A stretch of 64,000 nucleotides of DNA, taken from Callorhinchus milii (Eukaryota). Shown here in pieces: positions 12,666 through 25,685 of this stretch (position 1 is the first letter of the stretch; every line of letters begins with the position of its first letter). The notes under the pieces are model-generated. The model was given only the letters and a program-made list of their open reading frames with translations. It did no database searches and was not told the origin of the DNA. The stretch spans positions 124,312,001-124,376,000 of the forward strand of contig NW_024704742.1 in NCBI RefSeq assembly GCF_018977255.1, read 5' to 3'. The translations under genes were made by a program, and so were the position numbers.

Positions 12666-13384
12666 TAGAATAAATCAGTAAACCATTATAAAAAGGCAAC
12701 TGTTTTCAACATCATTTATATTGCTGTTTTTTGGTAGGTAGCAGAAATAAGTACTCTTTAAAACTCGTGATTTTTGGATCCGTTGAAAACTGCATTGTAA
12801 TGATAAGCACATTGTAAATAACGCACATTCAGTTAAATATGCAACCTCAACTCTGATCATTTGTTTGAATACTGTGGTTAGTGTTGATTGGAATGTAATT
12901 ATTGTATTAGCCCAATTGTTTTTTGGACCTTTTAATTTTAAATTTACTGTGAAAATTAGGGAACCTCTAATATATATGCATTTTTTTGCAGTTAAAGCTG
13001 TAGATTGAGATTCATCAACGGTTGTATTTCCCAAAGGTTTGGTGTATTTATTTTGTGTATGGAATTTATTTTGTTGTACTTCATGACTCTGCACACTTGT
13101 TGAAGTTACCAATAGAAATGATGTCTACAAGGTATAGATGAGATTTTTTTAAAAAAACTTATGACTTTCCTGATATTGATGGAAATTAACTCATTTGTTA
13201 TAAACTGTAGTAATGTGCTTCTTAGCAGAAGAAAATTACCAGGAAAGGCAATTTTTTATGGAGGTGTAAAATAATATGTATTGCTTATCAAAGTATTCAT
13301 CTAAATGGGAGAAAATAATAGTAAAAATGTAGATCTTGAGTTGTTGAGAATTGAGGATTCTTCAGCTAGATTCCCTGCTCTTCG

Positions 13385-13542
13385 ACGTGCCTTTGGTCTC
13401 CCTCCCACCTCTCTGCCTTCCCTCACCCCTACACCACCCCTCCCCCATGCTCGGGCACCGACAGCTGACTGTTCAGCGCTTTGGGACGTCCTCCCGACGT
13501 GAAAGGCTCTCTTTAAATGTAATTTTGTTGTTATTGTTGTTG
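13385..13542 (+). mobile_element. L2 3' end fragment
   Basis: C-rich 3' UTR, stem-loop GGGACGTCCTCCCGACGTGAAAGGC and (TTG)n tail. Confidence 0.85.
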
Positions 13543-15952
13543 CTGACAAAAAGGTAGGACGAAGCAGCTGAACAGCAAAGTGTGAGCGAGTGGGACAAGA
13601 GAGACAATTTTTCTCAAACTCAGAAGTTTGTAACAATGCAGCTAATGCCGTTTAGCAAATTAGAGAAATGCCATTGTCCAATTTATCTGATAACTTATTT
13701 CAATATTAAGCAAATATTTAGAAATGCTGAGTATTTACCATAACCACTGCCTTTCTGAATAAACAGCACACTTAAAAATTTGATGATTTGTTACACAAAT
13801 ATTTGTATTGACATGATGTTTGAGCTATGATGGTAAAAAAAAGGGGTTATGGACTCCCTGATAACAACCCCATATTACTCACATCCCATGAAAAGAAGCA
13901 TAGAAGATTGAGTATTTCTTTTAAGAAGCATCTGTCAGTTTTTTTTCCAATAATATTTCATTGATGCTTTGGGTGACTGGTGTTCTGTTTTGGATAGACA
14001 AAAAGAATGATTTACACTGTTGGTTAGCAGCCCAGATTACTCAGGTCCCCTTGTTTAAAAAAAATGTAATGAATCCATTGAGACATCTGGGTTTCAAATA
14101 CAGAACTCATAGTGTAAGAATTTCAAAGCTACACTGTTTTGGTGACTAATGTAATTGAAAACAGCATACGACACACAAGTTGTTGATTTGGATAAAATCA
14201 GATTGAAGCCATTAGGTGCAATCCAAATCATGTGCCATGTTCTAAGAAACTAAAGTTCTTTTAGAGGTGCTGGAGATCCAATAACTTCTTAAATTCAGTA
14301 AGTGTTCCTGGTTTCTTATTAACAAAGGGACGTTATTGTGTTTCATAATGCATCAGTTTCTAAATTTGAAAACTCATTGACAGCTGGACAGGATTATTTG
14401 AGGAACCTTCATATTTCAAACCCTGCATCATCATCAATGTTAAGGCTCCAAAACCCCAGTTGATAATGCAATAATATTCTGATGGTGTTGATAGAGACAA
14501 TTTTCTAATGAGCTTTCTAAAATTGCATCTCGTTAATTTTAATCTGACAAGCGTCAATATATTTCTGTAGAAAATGATTCAGATTGCTGATTTTCTGCTG
14601 GAGCCCCTTTCCTTTTAATAGAAACAAAAGTTATTTCCTTTGCTGCTAACACTTAGGTTTTATGGTTTGAGGTGATAAAATTCAGACGTGCCATTGATTT
14701 TTTTGACCATAGATTTATTTTCTGTACATTAGTACTGCCTAAAAAAGACTTGTTTTTCTCCATTACATACCATTCTTTGTCTCTTTTGATCATTGATCTG
14801 AGTGACCTTACTCTCTGGGGTTTTTCTTCATTTGACATGGACTGATTTTTGAAGTATAGCCCTCCTCTGGGAACCTTGGGCAGTTCCACTTGACTAACCT
14901 GTGATCTAATGAGCTGTAATGCTGAGTTACAGTGACCATTTTGTTTGCTTTGAGGGAGGATGGCTAGACATGAAGTGGGAGAGAAATAAGGTCTGTCAAA
15001 TATGCTGGGAGATCGAAGAGTGTGAAAATGATGTGGTAGCTCATTTTAGTGAGCTTGATTTACTTCACATTAGAGGATTAGATCAAGGCTGGAAAGAGCT
15101 AAAATTGTGTTAAGAATGCAGATATAAAAAACTCTGAAATCCGTATTCTAATTTTTAACTAAATATTTAATTCAGACTCTTTGTCGTGAATGGGCTGCTG
15201 TGTTGTAATGTATGTGCTTCACCTTACATTTAGGACATATTTACATATCAAATCTATTTTATTCCGAAACGTGAGAGTTCTCAATTCTCCACAGGTGCCT
15301 CAAATGGTCCTTGGAACAAAATTGCATTATATCCTACTTTTGTTTTAACATAAAATTTGGTTCATTGGATGCTCCAAAGCTCTTCTCTAAAATTGCTTCC
15401 TTAATATTTCATAGTAGAACATTCAGAGGCATAGATTCTTAGGACTAATCTGCAACCTGGTAGTACATTACCTATGTTGCTTTTCATTTTCTCTCACTCT
15501 TTTGCTTTTGTTGTTTTTTCGTTCCTTTCTCCACCTCCCAACAGGGACACTTTCAGACGTTTTTTTTAAATAGCCAGACTCCCACAGGAGCAAGTAGTCG
15601 CATGATATCGACACTCACAGCAGACTGTGAAAGGTTAATGTTTTGGGTATGACCTGTCTTTCCCTTTCACCTGCTGATTGGCTTGGTGTACATTTCCACT
15701 TTTCCATTTTTATTTCAGATAACCAGCATTTGCAGTGTTTCCTTCTCTTGACCAAAGCTCTTGTTTGTTTCCATAATATATTTGTATTGTTTTTACCAAC
15801 GTGCGAGTCATTTTCCAAAAGTTGCCTGGGGTAAAATTGTGGGACACTGTTCTGAAATGATGGGCAATGAGGTGGAAGGATTGGACACTGAGTCTGATGC
15901 TCCTTGACTTAAGCACTGAGCTGTGTGCTTCATGCCAACGTTTTATAGCATT

Positions 15953-16033
15953 AGTAGACTGCCCTCCCAGCGGGCAGTACTTCTGTGCTTTTCATCTCAA
16001 GAGAAGTACTGCCCCCTGGGAGGGCAGTCTACT
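15953..16033. repeat. Hairpin with 32-bp arms (1 mismatch) and 17-nt loop
   Basis: 15953-15984 AGTAGACTGCCCTCCCAGCGGGCAGTACTTCT is the reverse complement of 16002-16033 except at one position. Confidence 0.92.
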
Positions 16034-16461
16034 GCTGTCATAAAATTTTAGTGTCAGTCATTGCCGAAATTTGGCAAGTGCTGGGCTTGGAATCCAGACC
16101 TTGTATGTGTTGCACTCATCGCAGTGCTCTAAAAATTGATTGCAGGAACAGGGTAATTGCTACGATCACTTACTAATAATACAAGATCGCCAAAGGAGTA
16201 TTAGAATAATAAATATCAAAGGTAAGTTTAAATTTAATTTTCGATCACAGGAGCTGCATGCACTAAAGGGAAGGCTTACCGCTTTGACTTTTGTGTGCCT
16301 TCCCACATGCTATGGTTGGATGGAAGTAAATCGTACATGATTACAGAATAAATATTCTTGTGTTTACATGTTGACAGCAGACAAAAGGTTTATCCAATTA
16401 AGATTATATCATATCAGAAATTTCAGACCACAAAGCTGCAGTATGGAGCCTTTCCACCCCC

Positions 16462-16695
16462 GCCTCCTCTCCTCCTGGAGGTGATGACATGCTGAGGCTC
16501 AATTGCATGGGTGCTTGCAGCCCTTCAGTACCTTGCCCAGCCACAGTTTTTGATGTGTTGTCTAGACAGCAAGCATCAGCAGGCTATTTGACCACGAGGG
16601 ATATCAAAGCTGACCCTTTCCTTTCTTGACATCCACTTTCCAGCAGGGTCACTGGTTGGCAATCAGGTTTGGGATTCCACCTTACATATCCTAAC
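16462..16695 (-). mobile_element. Ancient SINE relic resembling AmnSINE2
   Basis: Segments such as CAGCAGGCTATTTGACCACGAGGG and CACTTTCCAGCAGGGTCACTGGTTGGCAATCAGG match, in reverse, my recollection of the AmnSINE2-type consensus. Not verified by search. Confidence 0.55.
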
Positions 16696-17519
16696 CAATA
16701 GTTTAGCAGGCATTGAACAGAAGCACAGCAACCACAACACAAGTATCTTACCTCCCCATTAGGCCATCAGGGATAAGATGAACCCAACCCAAAGCTGTGT
16801 TCCCCTTCTTCGCTTTCTGACTGAACCCAAACAAACTTAATGGGTATAGTCTTGCTCGATGCAATGACTTATTCAGGATAACTTACTGGGTCGTGTCCAC
16901 AATACAAAATCGTTGTCTCTAACTCAGAAATGGGAGTTGAATGGACAATTTCAATTTCCCAAGTCAGTGGAACAAGAAGATGGATATTTTAGACAGTTTA
17001 AAAAGGGAATTTGATAGGATTTTGAAGACGATGGGGCAAGGGTTGTAAGATAGGGCAACAACAACAACTTGGATTAATATAGCGCCCTCCACGCCAGACG
17101 GCGTCTCAGAGCGCTTCACAGTAACAGATCCCAGAACCGAGCCAAGATAGTAGTTGAAAACAATTGTCAGTGAGCTTTTCTGATCATGTGAATTCCTATG
17201 TGTAAATTCAGGTTAGGTGGATGATTAAGTTAGTTGCACATATAAATTATTACAGAAGTACTGTGTTATTGTGTTTGATTATTATTTTCCATTATTTGAT
17301 AATTATGTTTATTGAACAAAATGTGCACAAAGGAATTACAGGTTTGCAGTTAACCAACAAAAGCGGTTGGCTGTTAATTACATTAGGGCATCTGTAATTC
17401 ACTCTGCACACACTCATGCATGGTTTATGCATCGCACATGATAAGCGTGTTTATTATGTGTCCATTCTAACCTTCTACACAGCCTTTCCTCTCAGCTCCA
17501 CCTTCATAGTTCTGCCCTT

Positions 17520-18655
17520 TCCTGGTTTCATTCATACCCATCCCAACGTCTCCACTTTGTATCTGCCAACGGCTTCTCCTCCTGCCCTTACACCGCCACA
17601 TGTGATGTTCCTCAGAGCTCTATTCTCCGTTCTCTCCTCTTTAATATCTACATGCTCCCACGCGGCGATGTTCTCCACAGGCATGGAGATAACTTTCACA
17701 TGTATGTAGGTGGCACTCAACTATCTCTCCGCCTCCACCTTGTTCTGCCTGTTGGACGTTAAGTCCTGGATGAGCTCTAATTTACTCCAGTTCAATGTCA
17801 TCAAGACAGAAGCTCTCCTACTTGGCTCCCGTCAGTGTCTTCTCAGCCTTGGCACTGATAGCATCAATCAACATGGATGCACACTCCACCCCACGAACCT
17901 GGTGTGGAACCTCAGTGTTTTGTTTGATTCTCAACTGTACTTTATACCCCAGATCCATGCCTTGACCTGTTCAGCTTTCCCCCACCTCCAGATCTTTCCC
18001 CGCTTCCGCCACTATCTCTCCCCTTGGACCACCAGTACTCTTATCCATGGTTTTATCATGTCCAGGCTTGACTATGCTAACTCTCTGCTTGCCGGACTTC
18101 CCAACTCTTCCCTCTGCAAGCTGCAAACCATCCAGAGCTCTGCAGTTCATGTCCTCTCTATCACTAGGGCTCTGGGAGCCTATTGCCCCCATCCTCACCC
18201 AGTTCACTGGCTCCCCATCACCCAGAGGATTGAGTTGAAGATCCTCATTTTAAATTCATTCTGCAGTCTTGCCTCACCTTATCTCTGTGATCTTCTTTTA
18301 AAACTTTAGCTGCTCTCTCCAGTTGGCAGGCTCTCTCCTACTTCATGTCCCTCGCCTTGCCCCCACCTCTCCCTCCCCCCCCCCACCACCACCATTAGCA
18401 GTCAGGTTTTCAGCCTATCTGCCCCCACTCTCTGGAACTTCATTTGAGTCCTTTCGCTTCACCACCTCCTTCAAGGTCCAATTTTCCTCTTTGACCATGT
18501 CTTCAATCATTTTACCCTTCCCCCACCCCTTTGGCCCCCACCCCTCCCGAATCCAACCTCCAGCTCAAGTGCAAACCCTCAACTGTCCACTGCCTTGGAC
18601 ATCCACCCGACATGAAAGGATCTCTATAAATACAATTTGTTGTAATTGTTGTTTC
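17520..18655 (+). mobile_element. Older, degraded L2 LINE 3' portion
   Basis: ORF 17710-18309 has DVKSWMSSNLLQFNVIKTEALL, SRLDYANSLLAGLP and HWLPITQRIELKIL. A degenerate stem-loop and TTG-rich tail lie at ~18590-18652. Confidence 0.88.
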
Positions 18656-19248
18656 CGTGTGATTTTAACAACTGGCGTAATAGATCCAAGTGAACAAGTT
18701 AAGTATGCTTTGCAATTATCTCCTCTTGGCATTTTACTTGTTTTAATTAATAAATTCTTGGTAACTAATTGTAGCTTTCTACTTCATCTCAGATTTCCTT
18801 GATGCTATCCTTGCCTTCCACGTTTGCATGATCTTTTAAGTAGGAAGATTTATAGACTGTTTGAAGCAAGAAACTATGCTTGATTTTCAGTCTATTTTCA
18901 ATATTAGAGGCACGTTCCAGCAGATTAATGCATTGAGAAGCTAAGCCCCAGAGTAATTAGGTCTGGATTCTAGTTCTTCAGTTTCCTCACACGCAGAGTT
19001 AGTAGTCACATCTAGGGAGCTGGATCATTTCTCTGTAGTAAGAAGGAGAACTGCTGTATTGGAGAGGATAGAGTTAAAGTTGACCTAGACAAAAGATTGA
19101 GTGCTGGAGGGTACTAGATTGCCCCTACTTTTAGGTAACAATTAGCACATTTTGGAATAGAAGGTATACTCAAAACAGTGGGAAAATGCCTTTTTATAAA
19201 AAATGTTTTATGTGATATTGACACAAAGTGCTGTAAGTTATTTGATAA

Positions 19249-19502
19249 GTAAGCAGGGTCTCCTTGGAGTTGAACTGGTTCCAAGAAGTCATGCCTGGCA
19301 GTGGAATGTCGGAATCGAGCCAACCCTCGTAGTGGTCTCGGTAGTCCGCTTCCTGAGCCAGGTGGGTCCGCAGTATTCCAGGACACTGCTGATGACAGCA
19401 CTGCCAGCCTGGCTCATCGGCAGGACCTGCTCATCGGCAGGACCTGGAAGTGCAGGGCAGTCACTGGAGGCAGGGAGTCATCCCACTCAACTCCTGTTAA
19501 CC
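19249..19502 (+). repeat. Unclassified GC-rich interspersed repeat, copy 1 of 2
   Basis: Collinear with 50858-51059: ATGTCGGAATC, GTGGTCTCGGTA, CTGAGCCAGG, GGTCCGCAGTA, CTGGCTCA, GTCACTGGAGGCA and CTCCTGTTAACC occur in both. Confidence 0.8.
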
Positions 19503-19616
19503 GTGCAAGCCAAAGCCTTTTACAGTATATTCTGTGAAGCGCTTTGGGACATCTAGCGCTATATCAAATGCAAGGATTATTATTATTACAATGGTCCTAT
19601 CTGGACAAACAGCAAG

Positions 19617-19860
19617 AACCTTGGGCAAGTTTCCTTACTTCACACGCCTAATAATAATCCCTCCAAAAACAAAAACAATAAATTGGTCATTTTCAATCTA
19701 CGACTGTTTGTGGGACATTGCTGTGTGCAATTGGCTGCCGCGTTCGCCCACAAATATACAGTCAATTCACTTTACAGTGTGTTCTGTGAAGCGCTTTGGG
19801 ACGTCCTCCCGACGTGAAAAGCGCTATATCAAATGCAAAGATTATTATTATTTATTATTA
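19617..19860 (+). mobile_element. Young short-form SINE lacking its head; an extra tail fragment lies at ~19520-19588
   Basis: Nearly identical to the copies at 12243, 34203 and 39781, ending in (TTA)n. Confidence 0.9.
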
Positions 19861-22141
19861 AAGCTTGCCGATAGCGATATCAATGGCAAGCTATATGTTT
19901 TTAGCTGGTTAGTCTCCAGCTCTGGGATTCCCAAGCCTTGGTTCTTGCCAACCTGCACCTAATACTTTCCAGAATTGGGTTTCTCCATGTGTCAAATACC
20001 CAGCTGACCAAAAAATATATATTTGATAAAGATATTAGATGTTAACCTGTAGGTGTATGAAACAAAATATGATTTTTTTTATCACTTGCCATCCTGATAA
20101 GTCACAGGTTCCGTTCAGAACTTCTAAATCTGAATCTTTAATTTAAACTTAATTCTCAATGTATTAATTTGAGGGGAAAATAACCTTGAAGCTGCATTTT
20201 TATTGAAATGCCTAAAGCTCATGGAATAATAGGAATTGCATTCTCTCCTACAATTTGGCACATGCTACTTTGGCAATTCAAGTGCCACAGTGGCAAGGCG
20301 CCAATTGTTTTCCAATGGTTTAGTGCAGAAAATAATTATCTCTGCTTTTACACATTCCCGGTGGTTGGGTCCAGAGCATCAGTGTATTCTTAAGTAGGCT
20401 GATGGGTTTTCTCATGTGTCAAACACCCGGCTGACCAAAGAAAAAAGAACTGGAGCCAGTCAGTTCTGCTTTGAGATGTCCTCCCAATGTGAAAAGCACA
20501 ATATTAAATGCAAGAAGATTTTTAAAAAAATTATTTAAGGAGAAGATTTTTATTTTGAAATGAAGGATTCTGTGCCAAGTACATTTTCCTCTGTTTTGTT
20601 TATTACGGTAAATGTTTACCTTCTTCACTTTTAAAGAACTCGAAAAATTGTTTTCATTGCATTTCACCTTGTTCAACTTAATTATTTTGCAGAATAGTTC
20701 AAAAGAAATTATTGAATAAATTCCTTCAAATAGTCTTTTATAACCTGAAGGACCAGTTATATTCTTTGATTGGAATATAGGATTTCTTTTTACATCTGCT
20801 TGTAGGTTTTTAATTGCCTACTTTCCAGCAATGTTTGATTCACCAATGTGAGTGAACACACTGATGAGAAGTTGATCAGAGAATGAAAACTGAACACAAA
20901 ACCTAGGATTACATTGTGTTTGTAGCTTCAATGGAGCACACCCTCTGCTGGTTGAAGTTTGCATACTCTTGCAAACACATGTGAACCATGCGCTGAAATA
21001 GTTCACAGATCACTAAAATAATGCAATCAGGCCTTTTCCGCAATATACCAACAACATACATCAGTAGCGTACAACAACATTTGGCCAAGCTATAGTGTCT
21101 TTCAGTACATGTCATTGGAATGTTTGTCAAAGATAGACTGGGGTCCATGTTATTTTCAGTATCCTCCTTTTTTCCTATATTAGTTGTCTTTCTGTCAAAC
21201 TATTCTTTGTTCCTTTGCCTTTTGTTTTCTTTTTATCAAATTCTTTTTTAATTCCTTTTCTACATCTGGCTTTCTTTTGTGCTTTTTTGCTTTCTTTCTT
21301 TTTTGCTTTCTTTCTCAACTTTCTTCCCCCCTTTTGTAACCATTCTTCCCCTCACCTAATTTTTCTTTCACTATATGAACTCCTTTTAATCCTGATCTGC
21401 CAGCAGTGGTGGTGTGGGATTTGTTATACTTCTGCTTGTCCACCATGAACTCAACATCTTATTTGGGCAAAAATCAGAGCTGATGTTTAGTAGAACTGGC
21501 AATACTAATTATTTATGGTAGAGCTAATGTGAATAGTGATTTTATTTTTGTAACATTTCCTTGATGTAGTCTTTACAACATCTCTCCTAGTTGTGCAGCT
21601 CAATGTTAAAACCATTGATGAAATGGCCTTGACAGGTGCTCAAGCTCGCTTCTTGCTGTTTGATCTTTGTTTAGTTATTATTCTGGTGTCTGTGGCACAA
21701 TAATACCATCACACCATCTAAACATCTATACCAAATGTTCAAATGTTGGATACCATCTCTATTAAAGAATCACCAAATGGATAGCCTAAGTGTCATTTAT
21801 TCTTTAATTGTAAATTTGAAACCGATGCCCGTTTGTATTTTTAATTCACCTCTATCTATTTGTACGTCTATTTATTTTGCCCCAAATATGCAGTAACTGG
21901 GAGGGCTTTTAGATCTCAAAATGGTATCTAAAAGACATGTAAAAATTCAGAGCATTTTTGTAAAACTTCAATGACATTAAAATAGAAATATGAAGAATCA
22001 GGAAGTTATTTCATCACTTATTATTTTCAAACTTCCAGTCAAAGAATAAGGTTATTAGACTCTCACAGAATAATACGCAGTGTATTTAGCTCTGCAGGAA
22101 TGCATCCAGGAGTTCAATATAAAATTACCAATATAGATACA

Positions 22142-22248
22142 CAGGGTGACCAACAAGTCATGAAGCTAACCTATTATCTAAAAAAAATCATCATTTTTTT
22201 ATGACTGATTCGATATTGTAATGGTATCGTGACTTTTTGGTCACCCTG
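22142..22248. mobile_element. Short Tc1/mariner-type MITE-like element
   Basis: Inverted ends CAGGGTGACCAACAAGTCATGA and TCGTGACTTTTTGGTCACCCTG, followed by TA. The left flank is CA rather than TA. Confidence 0.6.
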
Positions 22249-22923
22249 TATATTACTCAAGCCATTGTGTCAAGGTCTGACATTAAGAAAATAATGTATA
22301 TTAAACTGTGTCCTTGACATTTTGTGTTTTTAATCCTGATCAGTAATTTTTAAAAATGTTGTGGAAGGTTCATTAAGAAATATGAGTGTAATAAAGCTAT
22401 TAACAGCTCCTGACTGGATTTTGCTAACCACTCCGGTGACCTGCCTTCTCTGTTCAATTAGGTTTGTATATAAAAAAAATCCTGCTGTGCAGACTGTTAT
22501 AGGCCTGCTGTGAAACATCTGTAGTGGGCTTTCGCACTTCATATTTTGTCTGACTTGTCTCGCAGAATTTGGGATATGAGTTTGCACTTGGATGTGAGCT
22601 GACTAAATAAGTCCCAAAACATAAGGTTTTGATTTTTTTAAAATCCTCGATTTCCAATGCACTGATACAAAACATGGTTGGAACCTTGACTAAATTATAG
22701 CGTTAGATAATGTGTTTTAGTATATACATCATAAAGACACACAGATGGGAGTTTTAAAAAAAGTCAGATTTCCTGCAATTTATTTTAGCACAATTTAATT
22801 AAACACAATTTAATATACATTATTTTCTTAATGTCAGCCCTTGACATAATGGTTTGAGTAATATACAGGGTGACCAAAAAGTCATGATACCATTACAATG
22901 TCTAATCAGTCATAAAGAAATGA
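22191..22923. repeat. Long inverted repeat: 121-bp arms (22191-22311 and 22803-22923), 491-bp spacer
   Basis: Manual ungapped alignment of arm 1 with the reverse complement of arm 2 gives 8 mismatches in 121 bp. Confidence 0.9.
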
Positions 22924-23771
22924 ATAAACAAATAAATGAATAAATAAATAAATAAATAAATGCATGAAAATAATAAATAAATCAATTGCAAAATGCACTT
23001 CTATTCAAAAATGTCTTCAGTTTGCACTTCACTTCACTTCCAAAAATGTTTTTCCAGTGTTCTTCCACACGTCAAGAAGTGTTGAAGTTTGAATTTGCAC
23101 ATTGAATTCACAAGTTGAAATGGGGAACCTTATCAGAAAATTATTTCATTGTAATAACCATTTATCTTTACAACATACAATTACTGTATATAACAGTGAC
23201 TGTGTATGCCTTACAAAGTATTACTATATCCAAGGTTAATATGTATTAACTGTTGTGTCTACTGAGATTTCTTTCCTAATACTCATTCAGCGCCAACATA
23301 TTATAGTGGATCAGGCGCTGGATTAAGATTATGGCTACTGCCTGACATTTAAAAAATAAACCCTAACTATGTACTTATCCACTTACTCAGACCCTGGACA
23401 TGAGAGACCTGAATTGTGCATGTTTCAACTCTGAAATTATAATGGCTTCATTTAAATATGAAGATTGACAAAGGTTAGTTTATTCTGGATTTGACCACAA
23501 GTGACAACTACTTGCAATTATATAGCACCTTTCATGTACAAAAATAGGGTTATCTTGCATAATTTAATATGCCAATGTTTCTAATTAAAGCAGACTAAAG
23601 TTATTTTTGCTACATTAAAAGACTTTGAGAATATAAATTGTTTATATTATCAATCCTACACGTGCTTAATCTATTGTATATTTTGTTTGAGGTGTATGAA
23701 TTAGGAAGCAAGCCCTTAACTGCAAATTCAACATTATTACTGAACACAATTTTTCCTTCAAGAATATAGGT

Positions 23772-24406
23772 ATTTGTTACAAAAGGGTTAGAATACAAGA
23801 GTAGGTAAGTCTTGCTGCAACTGTATAGGGCTCTGGTGAGACCACACCTAGAGTATTGTGTGCAGTTTTGGTCTCCTTATTGAAGAAAGGATGTACTCGC
23901 CTTGGAGGGGGTACAACGTAGATTCACTAGGTTGGTACCTGGGATGAGGGGGATGAGTTATGAAAATAGGTTGAGCAATTTAGGCCTATATTCTCTAGAC
24001 TATAGAAGAATGAGAGGTGATCTTACAGAAACCTATAAGATTATTAAGGGGCACGACAGAATAGACAGTGGGAGACTTTTTCTCCTGGTTGGAGAAACTA
24101 TAACCAGGGTCACAGTCTTAAAATTAGGGGTAAGTCCTTTCGCACTGAGTTGAGGAAAAACTTCTTCACTCAGAGGATAGTGAATTTATGGAATTCTCTA
24201 CTCCAGAGGGCTATAGATGCTCAGTCCTAGAACATATTCAAGACTGAGATTGATAGATTTCTTGTGGATAAAGGGATTAAAGGATATGGGGATAAGGCGG
24301 GTAGGTGAAGTTAGAATAGATCAGCTATGATATTATTGATATTATGGCAGGGCAGGCTCGAGGGGCCGAATGACTGACTCCTGCTCCTAACTCTTATGTT
24401 CTTATG
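23772..24406 (+). mobile_element. CR1 LINE 3' fragment
   Basis: Encodes LYRALVRPHLEYCVQFWSP and EGVQRRFTRLVPGM...LGLYSLDYRRMRGDLTETYKIIKG, and ends CTCCTGCTCCTAACTCTTATGTTCTTATG. Confidence 0.93.
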
Positions 24407-24474
24407 TAGGCACAAGTGTGTACTAACTACAGTGTTCAAGTATGTGGATGGTGCTTAAAGGGAGAAATGCACAA

Positions 24475-25118
24475 TATAATGATAATCCTTGAATTGATAT
24501 CACGTCTTTGAAACGTCTCAAAGTATTTCACAGAATATACTGAAGTCTGTTGACTGTATGTTTTGTGGGCGAAATGTGGCAGCCAATTACACTCAGCATT
24601 GTCCCACAAACAATCATAGATTGAGGGACCAAATTATTATTTTTTCTTTGTAGGGATTATTGCCCCCAGAAATGTGATCCGCAAATTGACTAACAAACAG
24701 GTTTCTACTTACTGCTAGGTAAACAGAGACGTGTAGAGTAAGGAAACTTGCTTACGGTTTTGCTCAGCCTGGGAATCAAACCCAGATCCTCTCACTTGCG
24801 AGGCAAGTGCTCTAACCAATACATTACAGGACTCCACAACTAAATAACAGTAATAATCCTTGCATTTGATATAGCCCTCATCACGTCGTTGAGACATCTC
24901 AAAGCACTTCAAAGAAAATACTGTAAAGTGAAGTGACTGTATATTTTGTGGGAGAAACGCGGCAGCCAATTGTGCACAGCAGTGTCCCACAAATAATCGT
25001 GGATTGAATGACCAAATTATTATTATCCGCCAATCGACTAACAACTGGGTTCCTATTTACTGCTAGGTAAACAGAGGCTTGTAGAGTAAGGAAACTTGCC
25101 TAAGATTTAGGGCTAGCA
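24475..25118 (-). mobile_element. Two tandem long-form SINE copies (~24475-24837 full-length, ~24841-25118)
   Basis: tRNA-like head ends at 24837; both copies carry the long-form internal segment (CTGCTAGGTAAACAGAG on the + strand) and the Deu-type body. Confidence 0.88.
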
Positions 25119-25317
25119 GGGAGAGTGGGAGATGGTTCTGGGTTTCAGTGAACAAGTGCGTTTAGGGTGGAGGATGTACCTGTGACTTGAGGGAGCCGAG
25201 GTGCTGATGTATCAGGGTGGCTTGTGGGAGTTGTGATGTGCAGTGCGGGAGATGATGGGGTCAAGGGTATCAAGGGATATTGGTGAGGGAGATGTGGAGG
25301 AGGGAGACCGAGGAGGT

Positions 25318-25685
25318 AACAACAACAATTTGGATTTATATAGTGCCCTCTACGCTGAATGTGGTCTCAGAGCGCTTCACAGTAATGGATCCTGGGGGAG
25401 GTGGAGGAAGGTGATCAAAGGCGCAGTCGAAAAGAAAGGTCTTCAGCCGAGACCTGAAAATAGGAAGAGAGGGGGCGAGACGAAGGGAGTGAGGAAGGGA
25501 GTTCTAGAGCCTCGGGGCATAGTTCTTGAAGGCATGGCCGCCGAGGGTGGAGCGGAGGACTTGGGGGACAAGGAGCAGGCCAGACATGGTGGAACAAAGG
25601 CAAAGGGCACTGTTGTGAGGAGCGAGGAGGTCAGAGAGGTAGGGGGTTCAGAGGAGTGGAGGGATTTGAAGACAAGGGTGAGGTC
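25318..25685 (-). mobile_element. L2 3' fragment of a related subfamily
   Basis: (AAC)n tail with TTGGATTTATATAGTGCCCT, then reverse-strand similarity to the ORF2 C-terminus (LTLVFKSLH...). Confidence 0.75.

Noticed and set aside
12675..13112. 145-aa minus-strand ORF and the many other 60-120 aa ORFs in AT-rich sequence
   Set aside because: No recognisable domains or splice-consistent structure; compatible with chance ORFs in intronic DNA.
19389..19400. CTGATGA as a hammerhead ribozyme core
   Set aside because: No correctly placed GAAA with stems I-III, and the motif is absent from the second copy of the repeat.
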